A DNA stretch of 64,000 nt from Candidatus Aenigmatarchaeota archaeon (GTDB lineage Archaea; Aenigmatarchaeota; Aenigmatarchaeia; CG10238-14; SpSt-28). The stretch lies in the NCBI GenBank assembly GCA_039000725.1, contig JAWBNO010000001.1:323795-387794 (forward strand), given 5' to 3'. Both the position numbers and the translations under genes were made by a program. Positions 19,958-29,723 of the stretch are shown piece by piece. The notes beneath the pieces are model-generated. The model was not told where the DNA came from. It saw only the letters and a list, made by a program, of their open reading frames with translations, and made no database searches. Numbering within the stretch: position 1 is the first letter of the stretch; the number at the start of each line of letters is the position of its first letter.

Positions 19958-21706
19958 ATGAAGAGTAGAAAAATTTTTAAAACCCTAGTTAAAGGATATA
20001 AGAATGTAAAAAATAGTGAAGAAAAAGTAGTAGATATAGGAAATAAACCAAGTTTAATGCCAAATTCTTCTGAATTAGATATTATTTCATCTTTAGAAAA
20101 GATAATAAACAAAATTCAACAAAAAGATGAAAAGGAAGAAGAAAAGAAAATCGAAGGAATTTCTATACCAAGATCTTTAAGAGTTCATACACCTCCAATA
20201 GTTTTAGAAAGAGAAGAAGAATTTCATCTAAAATATCCACTTATACCAAGAAACGCTAAGGAAGGAGAAAAAGTCTATGCTAGTGCAAATATATACTTTG
20301 ATAGAGAAAAAAACAAATACATATATGAAGTAATAGAACCTCCTTTAGACCAAAGATTAAAGGATATAAAAGAAAAAATAGAGGTTTTATTAGAACAAAA
20401 GTTGGATGTAGATCTATCTAAACTTAACATACTAAAGGCAAAAGAATATTTAAGAACACAATTAGACGAAATTATAAGATATTTTAAATTTAGATTAAGT
20501 GAGGAAGAATACAACAACCTTAAATACTATATTGAAAGAGATTTTTTGGGTTTGGGAAAAATAGAGCCGTTAATGCAAGATAATAATATAGAGGATATAA
20601 GTTGTGATGGTGTTAATCTTCCTGTTTTTGTTTTTCATAGAGATCCTAGATTAGGTAGCATAGAAACTAATATATCTTTTGAAAATCCTGAAGAGCTAGA
20701 TTCATTCATAATAAAATTGGCTCAACTAGCAGGAAAATCTGTATCTGTCGCAGAACCTTTAGTAAATGGAACATTGCCAGATGGAACTAGAGTTCAAGCT
20801 ACTTTAGCTACAGACATAGCAAGAAGAGGCAGTAATTTTACATTAAGAAAATTCATGGAAGAACCACTAACTCCTATTCATTTAATAAAGTTTGGAACAG
20901 CAGATGAAAGAGTTTTAGCTTATCTTTGGATGGCAGTAGATTTTGGTAGAAGTATTTTAATTTCAGGCGGAACAGCTAGTGGTAAAACAACTATGCTAAA
21001 TGTTCTCTCTCTATTTATTAGGCCGGAAAAAAAGATAGTTTCGATAGAAGATACGGCTGAAATAATTTTACCACATGAGCATTGGGTTTCTCTAATAGCA
21101 AGAGTACCTATATCTACAGGTAAAATTGGAGAAATAGATTTGTTCCAACTTTTAGTTGAAAGTCTTAGACAAAGACCAGATTATATAGTAGTAGGAGAGG
21201 TTAGGGGAAGTGAAGCATATGTTCTTTTTCAACAAATGGCTACAGGGCACCCAAGCTTCGCAACAATACACGCTGAAAATATGGATAAATTAATTGATAG
21301 ATTGACAACACCACCGATATCTTTACCAAAAGGATTAATAGGAAGCTTGGATATTGTTATTTTTATGCAAAGAATGAAATATAAGGATAAGTTCGTTAGA
21401 AGAATAGTTGAAATAGATGAAATAGTAAGATTCCCTAAGGATGCAGACAAGCCTATATATAACAAAGTTTTCTCTTGGAATTCGTATAAAGATACTTTCG
21501 AGATTGGAGAATGTAGTGTGGTTCTTCGTAAAATTTCCGAAACGATGGGAATAAAAGAAAAAGAAATAATAGAAGAATTTCAAAGAAGAGTTGCAATATT
21601 AAAATGGATGAATGAAAATAATATAGTTAATTTTAAGGATGTTTATGCAATAATTAATGCCTATTATACAATGCCAAACAGAGTTTTATCGATGATAAGT
21701 GGATAG
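19958..21706 (+). CDS. Type II/IV secretion-family ATPase (FlaI/ArlI, GspE/VirB11-like)
   Basis: Walker A ISGGTASGKTTMLN, Asp box IVSIEDTAEI, Walker B PDYIVVGEVRGSEA, His box ATIHA. Confidence 0.9.
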   Translation: MKSRKIFKTLVKGYKNVKNSEEKVVDIGNKPSLMPNSSELDIISSLEKIINKIQQKDEKEEEKKIEGISIPRSLRVHTPPIVLEREEEFHLKYPLIPRNAKEGEKVYASANIYFDREKNKYIYEVIEPPLDQRLKDIKEKIEVLLEQKLDVDLSKLNILKAKEYLRTQLDEIIRYFKFRLSEEEYNNLKYYIERDFLGLGKIEPLMQDNNIEDISCDGVNLPVFVFHRDPRLGSIETNISFENPEELDSFIIKLAQLAGKSVSVAEPLVNGTLPDGTRVQATLATDIARRGSNFTLRKFMEEPLTPIHLIKFGTADERVLAYLWMAVDFGRSILISGGTASGKTTMLNVLSLFIRPEKKIVSIEDTAEIILPHEHWVSLIARVPISTGKIGEIDLFQLLVESLRQRPDYIVVGEVRGSEAYVLFQQMATGHPSFATIHAENMDKLIDRLTTPPISLPKGLIGSLDIVIFMQRMKYKDKFVRRIVEIDEIVRFPKDADKPIYNKVFSWNSYKDTFEIGECSVVLRKISETMGIKEKEIIEEFQRRVAILKWMNENNIVNFKDVYAIINAYYTMPNRVLSMISG

Positions 21707-22568
21707 CATGTTATCTAAATATTCTTTTAGACTATTTGGTGATTTAGCTAGATTTTTTGAGGATTTTTTTCCAGATTTAAAAGACGATTTGAAAAGAGCG
21801 GGCATAAAGCTATCCTCTCAAGAGTATTTAGCTTCTTCTCTTTTTGTCTCAATAGTTTCGTTTTTAGTAGTATTACCTTTTATGGCACTGTTCTTATCTA
21901 TAGCTAGTGGATCTTTCCTTTTTTCTTATTTAATGGCAATTTCTATAAGTTTGGGAATACCAGTTTTGGTATTTTTTATTCACGTAAACTACCCCAAAAC
22001 TATAATTAAACAAAGAGAAAAAGATTTGGAAAAAGTTTTACCATTTTCAACTCTTTATCTTTCTTCCATAGTAAGTTCTGGCTTGCCTTTCCATAGGGCA
22101 ATAAAATTTTTTGTTGAATTTAGTGATGAAAACGAATTTAGAAAGGAAATAAAGAAAATAGTTGAAGATATAGATTTTTACGGGTTGGATATAAATTCGG
22201 CAATTGAAAGAGCTATAAATAGGTCACCATCCAAGAAGTTTAAAGAGTTTTTATATGGACTTTTGGCAACCACGAGAAGTGGTGGAAATTTGTATAATTT
22301 CTTTAAAGAAAAGTCAAACGAATATATGATGGATTACAGAAGAAAGCTATACGAATTCTCAAGAGCAATGACAATATATATTCAGATATATCTTATTTCT
22401 ATAGTTTTGGGCACTATATTTTTTACAGTTTTAACATCAGTTATCTCTGTTATGGGGGCTCAACAGAACATATTGGGACTACAAACACTTATGATATTCA
22501 TATTCCTGCCAGCTATATCGATACTTTTTATTTTTCTAGTTAAAAAATCAGAACCATCGTGGGAGTAA
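21699..22568 (+). CDS. TadB/TadC (FlaJ/T2SS-F)-like membrane protein
   Basis: Polytopic membrane protein with a cytoplasmic helical domain, immediately after and overlapping the ATPase gene. Confidence 0.65.
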   Translation: MDSMLSKYSFRLFGDLARFFEDFFPDLKDDLKRAGIKLSSQEYLASSLFVSIVSFLVVLPFMALFLSIASGSFLFSYLMAISISLGIPVLVFFIHVNYPKTIIKQREKDLEKVLPFSTLYLSSIVSSGLPFHRAIKFFVEFSDENEFRKEIKKIVEDIDFYGLDINSAIERAINRSPSKKFKEFLYGLLATTRSGGNLYNFFKEKSNEYMMDYRRKLYEFSRAMTIYIQIYLISIVLGTIFFTVLTSVISVMGAQQNILGLQTLMIFIFLPAISILFIFLVKKSEPSWE

Positions 22569-23518
22569 TTTTTAATTTCAATCAAAATATTAGTATGGTT
22601 AGTTTTGATTTTAATCTGGAGAAAAAGGTCAAAATAGCATCAATAGTTTTTGCAATCATATTAATCACTTTTGGAAAAATTTCAAACGACATAGGAGTTT
22701 TAGGAAATACTATTTTAATCTCAGCAGTATTAATAATTGGATTATTTTCTATTTTTGAATACAAGAAATACAGAGAACTTAAAGAAATGGAAGAGAAATT
22801 TCCGACTTTCTTAAGAGATTTAACAGAAACTATTAGTAGTGGAGTAAGTCTGCCTAAGGCGATAGTTCTTTGTAGTAAATACGATTATGGAAGCTTGAAC
22901 AAGGAAATAAAAAAAATGGTTAATCAAATTAGTTGGCATATACCTATAAATAAAGTTTTAGAAAGAAGTGCAAAGGAAATGAGAAAGAGTAGAAAGATGT
23001 CAGTTGCTCTAAGAATTTTAAGGGAAGCATATATTTCTGGAGGAAACATTCCAGCAGTTTTAACATCTTTATCTGAATCTTTTGAAAAATTAGAAGAAAT
23101 TGGAAAGGAGAGAAAATCAATATTAAATCAGTATGTTGTAATGATATATGCAATTTCTTTTATATTCTTAGTAGTTATAGTTATGATTCAAAGAATACTG
23201 ATACCAATTTTATCAAATCCACAGCTAGGTTATATGGGAGCATCTAATCCTTGCCTAAATTGTTATGGTGCTGCTTGCGATTTATGTAATTTTTATAGAT
23301 TAACATCGTTTTCATTGTTTAATGCGAAAGAAGAAAACTTCTATTATATTTCACTATTTTTCTATCTATCAGTAATTCAAGCATTTTTTGCTGGATTAGT
23401 TGCAGGACAAATTTCTGAAGGTTCTTATAAGGCAGGATTGAAGCATAGTATAATTTTAATAACAGTAATTATTGGAGTATTTTTGATTATATATAGAATA
23501 GGCATTTTTGGTGCCTAA
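22559..23518 (+). CDS. Second TadB/TadC (T2SS-F)-like membrane protein
   Basis: TM helices flank a soluble domain (FLRDLTETISSGVSLPKAI). Paired with the preceding gene. Confidence 0.6.
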   Translation: MGVIFNFNQNISMVSFDFNLEKKVKIASIVFAIILITFGKISNDIGVLGNTILISAVLIIGLFSIFEYKKYRELKEMEEKFPTFLRDLTETISSGVSLPKAIVLCSKYDYGSLNKEIKKMVNQISWHIPINKVLERSAKEMRKSRKMSVALRILREAYISGGNIPAVLTSLSESFEKLEEIGKERKSILNQYVVMIYAISFIFLVVIVMIQRILIPILSNPQLGYMGASNPCLNCYGAACDLCNFYRLTSFSLFNAKEENFYYISLFFYLSVIQAFFAGLVAGQISEGSYKAGLKHSIILITVIIGVFLIIYRIGIFGA

Positions 23519-23519
23519 T

Positions 23520-24005
23520 ATGAAAGCACAAACTGCATATGAGTTTTATGTCGTCTTTTTTATTTTTATTAGCGTAGTATTATACTTAACCAACTATATA
23601 ATTTCGTACAGAAATATTTACATAAAGGAAGTAAAAAGAGAAAAAATATTTGGAGAAGCTTATAAAATTTCTCAATTTTTAGTTAACGATGTAGGAGAAC
23701 CTGAAAATTGGTATTTGGATATAAATAATGCGAAGAGAATAGGCTTGGCTTATTCTACAAAATATTTTAATCATATTTCTGCTACTAAAGTTAGTGTTTT
23801 TAACTTTTACTGTAGAAATAATTACAATCTTATAAAAAAACTTTTAAATGTTGATGTTGATTTTAGTGTATTTTTAATTACAAACGACGGGCAGGTTTTA
23901 ATTGATTGTATAAGACCTTTTGGGGAAGAAACAATAGAAATAAAAAGAATAGTTTCTTTGGATGATGGAAAAACTTATGGGGTTATGAAAATATGGGTCT
24001 ATTAG
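23520..24005 (+). CDS. Class III signal peptide (prepilin-like) protein
   Basis: MKAQTAYEFYVVFFIFISVVLY has the K-A|Q-x3-E signature (Gln +1, Glu +5). I moved the start from 23508 to the ATG at 23520. Confidence 0.6.
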   Translation: MKAQTAYEFYVVFFIFISVVLYLTNYIISYRNIYIKEVKREKIFGEAYKISQFLVNDVGEPENWYLDINNAKRIGLAYSTKYFNHISATKVSVFNFYCRNNYNLIKKLLNVDVDFSVFLITNDGQVLIDCIRPFGEETIEIKRIVSLDDGKTYGVMKIWVY

Positions 24006-25231
24006 CGCAAATATATGCATGGGAAGCATTAATTTCTATACTCCTTATACTTACTTCTTTGTATTTTTTTATATCAGTAGGTAGTTTAAAAGAAAGCAAA
24101 GAGGAGTTTAATACGGTAATTTTATCTAGAGACTTGTTAGAAACACTAGATAATCTAAATTTAACTTATAAAGTTTTTTCTAACCACTCTAAATTAGAAG
24201 AAATATCAAATAAATTAAACATTCCAGAATATTTTGTTCCATTTTTTTCAACTAAAAATTTGATAAAAAATACAATATTTGTAGCTTCTAACTGTAGTGA
24301 AGAAGAAATAAGAAAATTTAATTCTTGGTTCAAAGATTTAATTATAAATAAAAGACATATAAACATCGTTTTTTTATCATCTAGTATTGAGAATGTACCA
24401 ACCCATTCCGACCTACTTTTAATTTGTGGATACAAGGATCTAAGTAATTATGAAAATAACTTACTTTCTTTAATAAAAAAAGATAAGGGTATATTAGGTT
24501 TTTTTGACGTTAATTTAATTATGGACGATACTACCAAAAGATTGTTTGGAATCGATTCTGTTTCATATGCAGCACCACAAATTGACGTGGAAATAAATAG
24601 ACCTTCTTCAATATTTCAAGATCTTTACTATGGTTATAAGTATTTTTACGGAGTGGGAATTCCTATAAATTTCAAAGGAATAAATTCTACATCAGGAAAC
24701 TTTATAGGTAACTTCACCTTTAGAAATTATACTATACCTTTTGAAATAGATTCTGAAAAGAGAGAGGTCTATTTTTATTCCACAGATATTATAAAGGTTA
24801 AAGAAGGAGATAAATTCAATTTATACGGATACGAATTCAAACTTTCATACTTAGAAAATACAACAATCTATGTTTCTTTTGAAAAAACATATAATTTTAC
24901 AAAATTTATTGAGGGTGGTATATTACCAACTTTATTGGAATATGATGAAAGTAAGATACTTTTGTATCAAGGTTATTACAATTTTAGAAAAGTTCCCGTT
25001 GCTATACTAAATGGTAGTAAAGTTGCTTGGGTTTCAAATTTTGATAGATACGGGAATGCTACAGATGATAAAAAATTGGTTTTACTATCTCTAATTTTGG
25101 CAGTATCTGATAAAAACTATAACTATGGAAAAATATCTAAAAATTTGGTTTTAATTCCTTTTATAGATGTAGAAAAATATGATATTTTTGAGGCGTATTC
25201 AATAAAATTCGGATACGGGGTTGCATATTAA
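23993..25231 (+). CDS. Membrane-anchored pilus-locus protein, function unknown
   Basis: 412 aa with an N-terminal hydrophobic helix and many N-x-S/T sequons. It is the last gene of locus 1. Confidence 0.55.
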   Translation: MGLLAQIYAWEALISILLILTSLYFFISVGSLKESKEEFNTVILSRDLLETLDNLNLTYKVFSNHSKLEEISNKLNIPEYFVPFFSTKNLIKNTIFVASNCSEEEIRKFNSWFKDLIINKRHINIVFLSSSIENVPTHSDLLLICGYKDLSNYENNLLSLIKKDKGILGFFDVNLIMDDTTKRLFGIDSVSYAAPQIDVEINRPSSIFQDLYYGYKYFYGVGIPINFKGINSTSGNFIGNFTFRNYTIPFEIDSEKREVYFYSTDIIKVKEGDKFNLYGYEFKLSYLENTTIYVSFEKTYNFTKFIEGGILPTLLEYDESKILLYQGYYNFRKVPVAILNGSKVAWVSNFDRYGNATDDKKLVLLSLILAVSDKNYNYGKISKNLVLIPFIDVEKYDIFEAYSIKFGYGVAY

Positions 25232-25264
25232 AAATTTAAAAGTAGAAAAAACAATAGAATCAAA

Positions 25265-25537
25265 ATGGAGATAGTAAAAATAAAAGGAAATGAAAAAGAA
25301 GCATTGTTTGAATTAAGAGGAGAAACTTTTACCTTAGCTTCTTTGCTAGAAGAAGAATTATGGGAAAATAAGAATGTTTTAGAAGCTGCAAGTTTTAGAG
25401 AGCATCCATATTTGAGTGAAGTAAAACTATGGGTTAAAGTAGATAAAGGAAATGTAAAAGAGGCTTTAGTTAAAGCAGCCGAATCTATAATTGAAAAGAT
25501 TGGAGAAATAAGAAAAAATATAAAAAATAAGTTGTAA
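25265..25537 (+). CDS. rpoL: DNA-directed RNA polymerase subunit L (Rpo11)
   Basis: ELRGETFTLASLLEEELWENKNVLEAASFREHPYL. Confidence 0.8.
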   Translation: MEIVKIKGNEKEALFELRGETFTLASLLEEELWENKNVLEAASFREHPYLSEVKLWVKVDKGNVKEALVKAAESIIEKIGEIRKNIKNKL

Positions 25538-25538
25538 A

Positions 25539-25988
25539 TTACTTAATTTCTACGATATCGGCTATTGTAAGTTTTTCTTCTTTTCTACTCTCTTTCTCTA
25601 AATTAAATTCTTTTTCTTTATCCTTCAATTTAATTTTCAAAAGTTTTTCCATTTTTTCTAGAGTTTTTTTATCTGGATAAATTTCACCTTTTTCTATCTT
25701 AGAAAGATAACTTTCCTTTACTCCGATCTTTTTTGCTAAATCTCTAATAGTTAGATTAAGTTCCATTCTTCTATTTCTTATTATTTCTCCATAGTTTTCT
25801 ACAATCTCAAAATTTTCAAAAAAATTTACATTAACGGGTTTGATAATTTTAATTTTTTTCTCTTCAATTTTGACTATTTTTCCATAAGATTTGCAGTTCT
25901 CACAAACTTCTATAATATTACCATCTAATTCTATCTTGAATATCTTAGCAGTTTCTTTACCACAAATTGTACATTCCATATTTACCAC
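25539..25988 (-). CDS. Archaeal MBF1-like HTH (XRE) protein with N-terminal zinc ribbon
   Basis: CTICGKE...CENC followed by IRNRRMELNLTIRDLAKKIGVKESYLSKIEKG. Confidence 0.8.
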   Translation of the reverse strand: MVNMECTICGKETAKIFKIELDGNIIEVCENCKSYGKIVKIEEKKIKIIKPVNVNFFENFEIVENYGEIIRNRRMELNLTIRDLAKKIGVKESYLSKIEKGEIYPDKKTLEKMEKLLKIKLKDKEKEFNLEKESRKEEKLTIADIVEIK

Positions 25989-26611
25989 ATTTTAAAGAAT
26001 CTATCTAGTATTTTAGTCCCAAAATCTGTTTTAGAACAAACAAATAGCTCTTCTCCATATATAGAAAAAGAATATATTTTTTTAAAATATTTTCCAATAA
26101 GAGACTTAACGTAGTAGTGCCAATCTTTTTCTTCACTACTACCATGCCAGAAAACTAACAAATCAGTTTTTATACTTTCAAAGTCAAACCTTTCAACAAC
26201 CTTTTCTATTAAATATCGTGGAGGGTCTAATATTGTTAAGTTAAAAAAATCATTAGTTTTGAATCTAAATATGTCTTCTTTCAAGAAGTCAACATTTTCT
26301 AATTCTTTTAAATTTTCTTTGGCGGCCTTTAAATTTTTATCAACACATAAAGAAAAATTGGCTCCATTTAATATAGAAATTTTTGTTAACGCTCCAGTAC
26401 CACAACATAAATCCAATATTTTTGGAAGTTTAAAATTTTTTGTCAATTTGTCAACAATAATTGAAGTTCCGATTGCAGGTCCTGTAATAACATTTTCTTC
26501 TAATATTAGATATTTTATTTTCAACTCTTTGGCAATAAGTAGTGCTGGTGAATATTTTGAAATTTTTTTATTCTTTAAGACTTCTTCAATTGAAGCAATT
26601 CTATATTTCAT
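25982..26611 (-). CDS. Class I SAM-dependent methyltransferase (DPPR motif, probable RNA/N-methylase)
   Basis: ILDLCCGTGALT (motif I) and LTILDPPRY (motif IV-like). Confidence 0.65.
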   Translation of the reverse strand: MKYRIASIEEVLKNKKISKYSPALLIAKELKIKYLILEENVITGPAIGTSIIVDKLTKNFKLPKILDLCCGTGALTKISILNGANFSLCVDKNLKAAKENLKELENVDFLKEDIFRFKTNDFFNLTILDPPRYLIEKVVERFDFESIKTDLLVFWHGSSEEKDWHYYVKSLIGKYFKKIYSFSIYGEELFVCSKTDFGTKILDRFFKMW

Positions 26612-26626
26612 AAAATCACTTCAATT

Positions 26627-26711
26627 CGCTGGGGGCGGGATTTGAACCCGCAAGGGCGTAAGCCCACAGGCTTAGCAGACCTGCGCCTTAACCAGGTTCG
26701 GCCACCCCAGC
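26627..26711 (-). tRNA. tRNA-Ser (GCU), class II, no intron
   Basis: gctgggg/ccccagc acceptor with G73, anticodon loop ctGCTaa, long variable arm tgggcttacgccctt. Confidence 0.9.
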
Positions 26712-26776
26712 ATATTAAAATTATCTCTCTAAACTTTTATATTGAGAATATAAAATTAAAAATCGGAGGGAGCAAA

Positions 26777-27070
26777 ATGGTAACTATAAAAGATATAACT
26801 GAAATGTTTGATAAAGACGTTTTCACAAACAAGGGATATTACTTAGGGAGGTTAAAAGATCTAGAAGTAGATGTTTCAACTTTTAGAATAAAGTCTATTG
26901 TTATAGAAACATCCTCCAATACAGAAATGGGAAGACTTCTTGGAGGAAAAAGAGTAATAGTTCCATATTCTGTAGTTCAAGCAGTTGGTGATGTGGTAAT
27001 AACAAAGCACATAGTAGCAGCATCACCACAAGAGGGAGAAATATCTAAAGAAGAAGTTCAAAAACTTTAA
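26777..27070 (+). CDS. PRC-barrel domain protein
   Basis: VFTNKGYYLGRLKDLEVDVSTFRIKSIVIE, with a ggaggg SD 8 nt upstream. The ORF-track start at 26642 overlaps tRNA-Ser, so I trimmed it. Confidence 0.7.
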   Translation: MVTIKDITEMFDKDVFTNKGYYLGRLKDLEVDVSTFRIKSIVIETSSNTEMGRLLGGKRVIVPYSVVQAVGDVVITKHIVAASPQEGEISKEEVQKL

Positions 27071-27119
27071 ATTCTTGTTTTTTTATTCTTTAATTTTGTG
27101 ATAAGATTTTAGTTTTACT

Positions 27120-27692
27120 CTACCAATATCTATATCTTCTGTAATACAACATAATTCTTTTTCTTTTTATATACTCTCCATATAAAAACCCAAATAAAAT
27201 ACCGCCTAAGTGTGCAGCATGAGCTATTGAGCTAGGGAAGAACATTCCAACAAAAGAACCAATAGCCCAAAGAAAAGCAGCAACTATTAAAGGCATGGGG
27301 ACAAAGTATACGTAAACTATAGCGTATGGTTTAAGAGAAGATAAAGCGCCGATTATTCCATAAATTGCACCAGAGGCTCCAACAGCAGGTATTTCGGGGT
27401 TCGGTGTTGTTAATAAAAAAAGTATGTTACCAAATATACCGGAAATTAAAAAGACCTTTATGTAATTTTTTCTTCCTATAAGACTTTCTAGATACATTCC
27501 AAAAAAGAATAAAGCAAGCATATTATAAAAAAGATGAGCAAAATTTGCATGTAAAAAGATTGATGTTATTAAAGTCCATGGTCTAATTAAAATCTTGTTA
27601 GGTGTAAAAGAAAAAGTTTCGAAAAATCCCGGTACGTTTTCAAGAACGAATAATATGGTCATTATAATAATTAGTTGAAAAGTCAGTCTCAT
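27120..27692 (-). CDS. Rhomboid family intramembrane serine protease
   Basis: GASGAIYGIIGA (GxSG) and AHAAHLGGILFG in a six-TM protein. Confidence 0.85.
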   Translation of the reverse strand: MRLTFQLIIIMTILFVLENVPGFFETFSFTPNKILIRPWTLITSIFLHANFAHLFYNMLALFFFGMYLESLIGRKNYIKVFLISGIFGNILFLLTTPNPEIPAVGASGAIYGIIGALSSLKPYAIVYVYFVPMPLIVAAFLWAIGSFVGMFFPSSIAHAAHLGGILFGFLYGEYIKRKRIMLYYRRYRYW

Positions 27693-28732
27693 AATTTTTT
27701 CCTCTTTTCTTTTTCCTGAATTATTTTTCTGTCTGTCAAGTCTCTAAGTTCTTTTAATAGAGAGTTTTTATCATAAGAAAATGAGGAAAGAATAAAAGAT
27801 TTTCTTTTTGTAAAAACTTTAATTTTTCCCTCATATTTTTCTCTAGTTCCAATTTTTTCTATACTTAAAAGTACTTTTTCTACACCGAGCTTATTCCACT
27901 TTTCTAAAGAGGAGCCCAAAATATTTTCTGCTTCTTCGTATTTTATTCCATGTACTATTAATGGCGTTTTTTCTTTTTTGAAAAATAGATACAAAATATC
28001 TCTAGGTTTAATAATTCCTATCGGTTTTTCTTTTTCAATAACTATAATTTCTTCATAGTTTTCAAAGTATTTGACTATTTTACTTATTTCGTCTTCTTTT
28101 TTGCAAGTAATCGGATTAAATGAAAAATTCTTCACAGGGTTGTTAAAAAAGCTTGTTTTTTCTTTAGCAGATCTCAAAGATTCTATACTCCCTTTTTCTT
28201 TAGCCATTAATTCGACAAATGAAAATATGTTTATACATCCAGTCAACTTTTCTTCCCAATTAATTATCGGTAAAGAAGATATGTTATACTTTTCCATAAT
28301 ACGAATTGCCTTTTTTAGACTTTCGCTTTCTTGTATTGTTATTGGTTTGTTCATGATTTCTTCGACTTTTATTCCAGAAACATCTATTCCTTTTGTTATT
28401 ATATCCACTTCACTTAATATTCCGACAACTTTTCCGTTCTTTAAAACTGGCAGCGCTCTTTCACCCACTTCCAATAAAATTTTTATTGCTTTCTCCAAGT
28501 CATAATTTTCTTCCAAATGGGCAGTCTTCTTCACTATTTTTCTTACACTCGTTTTTGTTAGATCAGATTTAACCTTTAGTATATCTTTTATGTAAATCAT
28601 TCCATCAAAATTTTTATTTATTATAGGAATTTGATGAATTCTGTTTTTAACCATTAATTCAACCGCCTTAGAAATACTAGAATTTTCTGATAAAAAAATT
28701 ATTTCTCTATTCATTATATTTTCAACTTTCAT
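27689..28732 (-). CDS. CBS-domain protein (multiple CBS pairs)
   Basis: Repeated CBS signatures (IHQIPIINK..., ERALPVLKNGKVVGILSEVDI, ISSLPIIN). I chose the start at M18 (28732) to avoid overlapping the upstream GTPase gene. Confidence 0.75.
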   Translation of the reverse strand: MKVENIMNREIIFLSENSSISKAVELMVKNRIHQIPIINKNFDGMIYIKDILKVKSDLTKTSVRKIVKKTAHLEENYDLEKAIKILLEVGERALPVLKNGKVVGILSEVDIITKGIDVSGIKVEEIMNKPITIQESESLKKAIRIMEKYNISSLPIINWEEKLTGCINIFSFVELMAKEKGSIESLRSAKEKTSFFNNPVKNFSFNPITCKKEDEISKIVKYFENYEEIIVIEKEKPIGIIKPRDILYLFFKKEKTPLIVHGIKYEEAENILGSSLEKWNKLGVEKVLLSIEKIGTREKYEGKIKVFTKRKSFILSSFSYDKNSLLKELRDLTDRKIIQEKEKRKKL

Positions 28733-28754
28733 AAATATTGAATATTTTTTTGAA

Positions 28755-29573
28755 TTAAAAATGCAACTCAACCACATCTCCATCTTTTAACTCATAATCT
28801 AATCCGACTTTTTTACCAGAAAAAATGGTATTGTCATAAATTCTCGCAAATTTGAAAGTTTTTAACCATTCTTCGTTAATTTTTTTTATCAAATCTTTAA
28901 TTCTATCACCTCTTTTTAATATAACAGCCCTTTTTTCTACTTCTTTGTCCGGAGGTTTAGTAAAAACTCTTATAATTTCCGCTTCTCTAATTATCTCTTT
29001 TAGAAGATTTTCTTTTTCAACGTTCTGAAAAACTACAATCTTTTTCTTTTTCAAAAGGTTATTTTCTTTTAATATTTTTTCTAGAGAACATAATTCTTCC
29101 TTGTTTCTAACTAGTATTAAAAGTAGATCCGAGTTATGAGCTATACTTAAATGCTCTTTTAGGAAAAATGAAGGTATTTCTACAAATTGAATGTAAACTC
29201 CATCGAAAAAACAAACACCAGTTTTTGGTTCTTTAGTAGTATAAGGAATATCACTAATTTCCACTTCTGCGTTAGTTAGACTTTTTAACAGAGTGCTTTT
29301 ACCAACTTTGGTAAAGCCTAGTATAGAAACTAGAATATCACCACTTTTTTCTATGTTATACGCTTTAAATCCACCCTTACTACTTTTTCTATTTAAAGCA
29401 TCTTCTAGCTTAGAAAGTCTTTTTTTTAGTTGAGCAATTAGGTTTTCTGTGCCTTTATGTTTAGGAGTTAGGGCAATCAATTCTTTTAAAATTTCTATTT
29501 TCTTTTCCAAATTTTTTTCACTTCTAAATTTTTCTTCTACTATATACCATTCTCTAGGCAAATTAGTAGGCAT
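28755..29573 (-). CDS. DRG/Obg-family GTP-binding protein with C-terminal TGS domain
   Basis: G1 GFTKVGKSTLLKSLT, G2 PYTT, and a C-terminal LKDGDVVELHF (TGS-like). Confidence 0.75.
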   Translation of the reverse strand: MPTNLPREWYIVEEKFRSEKNLEKKIEILKELIALTPKHKGTENLIAQLKKRLSKLEDALNRKSSKGGFKAYNIEKSGDILVSILGFTKVGKSTLLKSLTNAEVEISDIPYTTKEPKTGVCFFDGVYIQFVEIPSFFLKEHLSIAHNSDLLLILVRNKEELCSLEKILKENNLLKKKKIVVFQNVEKENLLKEIIREAEIIRVFTKPPDKEVEKRAVILKRGDRIKDLIKKINEEWLKTFKFARIYDNTIFSGKKVGLDYELKDGDVVELHF

Positions 29574-29613
29574 AGAATATTTAATTTTGTTTATTCAAAA
29601 AGTTATATAGATA

Positions 29614-29712
29614 TAGCGGGGTGGACCAGCCTGGAGTGGTCGCCGGGCTCATAACCCGGAGATTCAGTATAATACTGAACCGGAAGACGGTGGTTCAAAT
29701 CCACCCCCCGCT
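29614..29712 (+). tRNA. Initiator tRNA-Met (CAU) with an intron of about 24 nt in the variable-loop region
   Basis: A1:U72 pair (agcgggg/ccccgct). Anticodon stem ccGGG/CCCgg with loop ctCATaa. The hairpin ttcagtat-aa-tactgaa is inserted between the anticodon stem and the T-stem (about 29659-29682). Confidence 0.85.
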
Positions 29713-29723
29713 ATCAGTATAAA

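Noticed and set aside
4658-28505. Many 60-145-aa ORFs antisense to or overlapping well-supported genes. Examples: 4658-4864, 5568-5843, 9272-9646, 11531-11805, 11956-12222, 12725-12937, 13604-13852, 14906-15112, 16095-16307, 17072-17278, 18800-19051, 19444-19632, 19921-20112, 20275-20517, 21229-21583, 22582-22764, 22944-23153, 24166-24435, 26259-26645, 28071-28505.
   Set aside because: All sit on the opposite strand or in a shifted frame of genes with clear family signatures. They have F/L/I/S-rich low-complexity translations, as expected from the antisense of K/E/I-rich AT-rich coding DNA.
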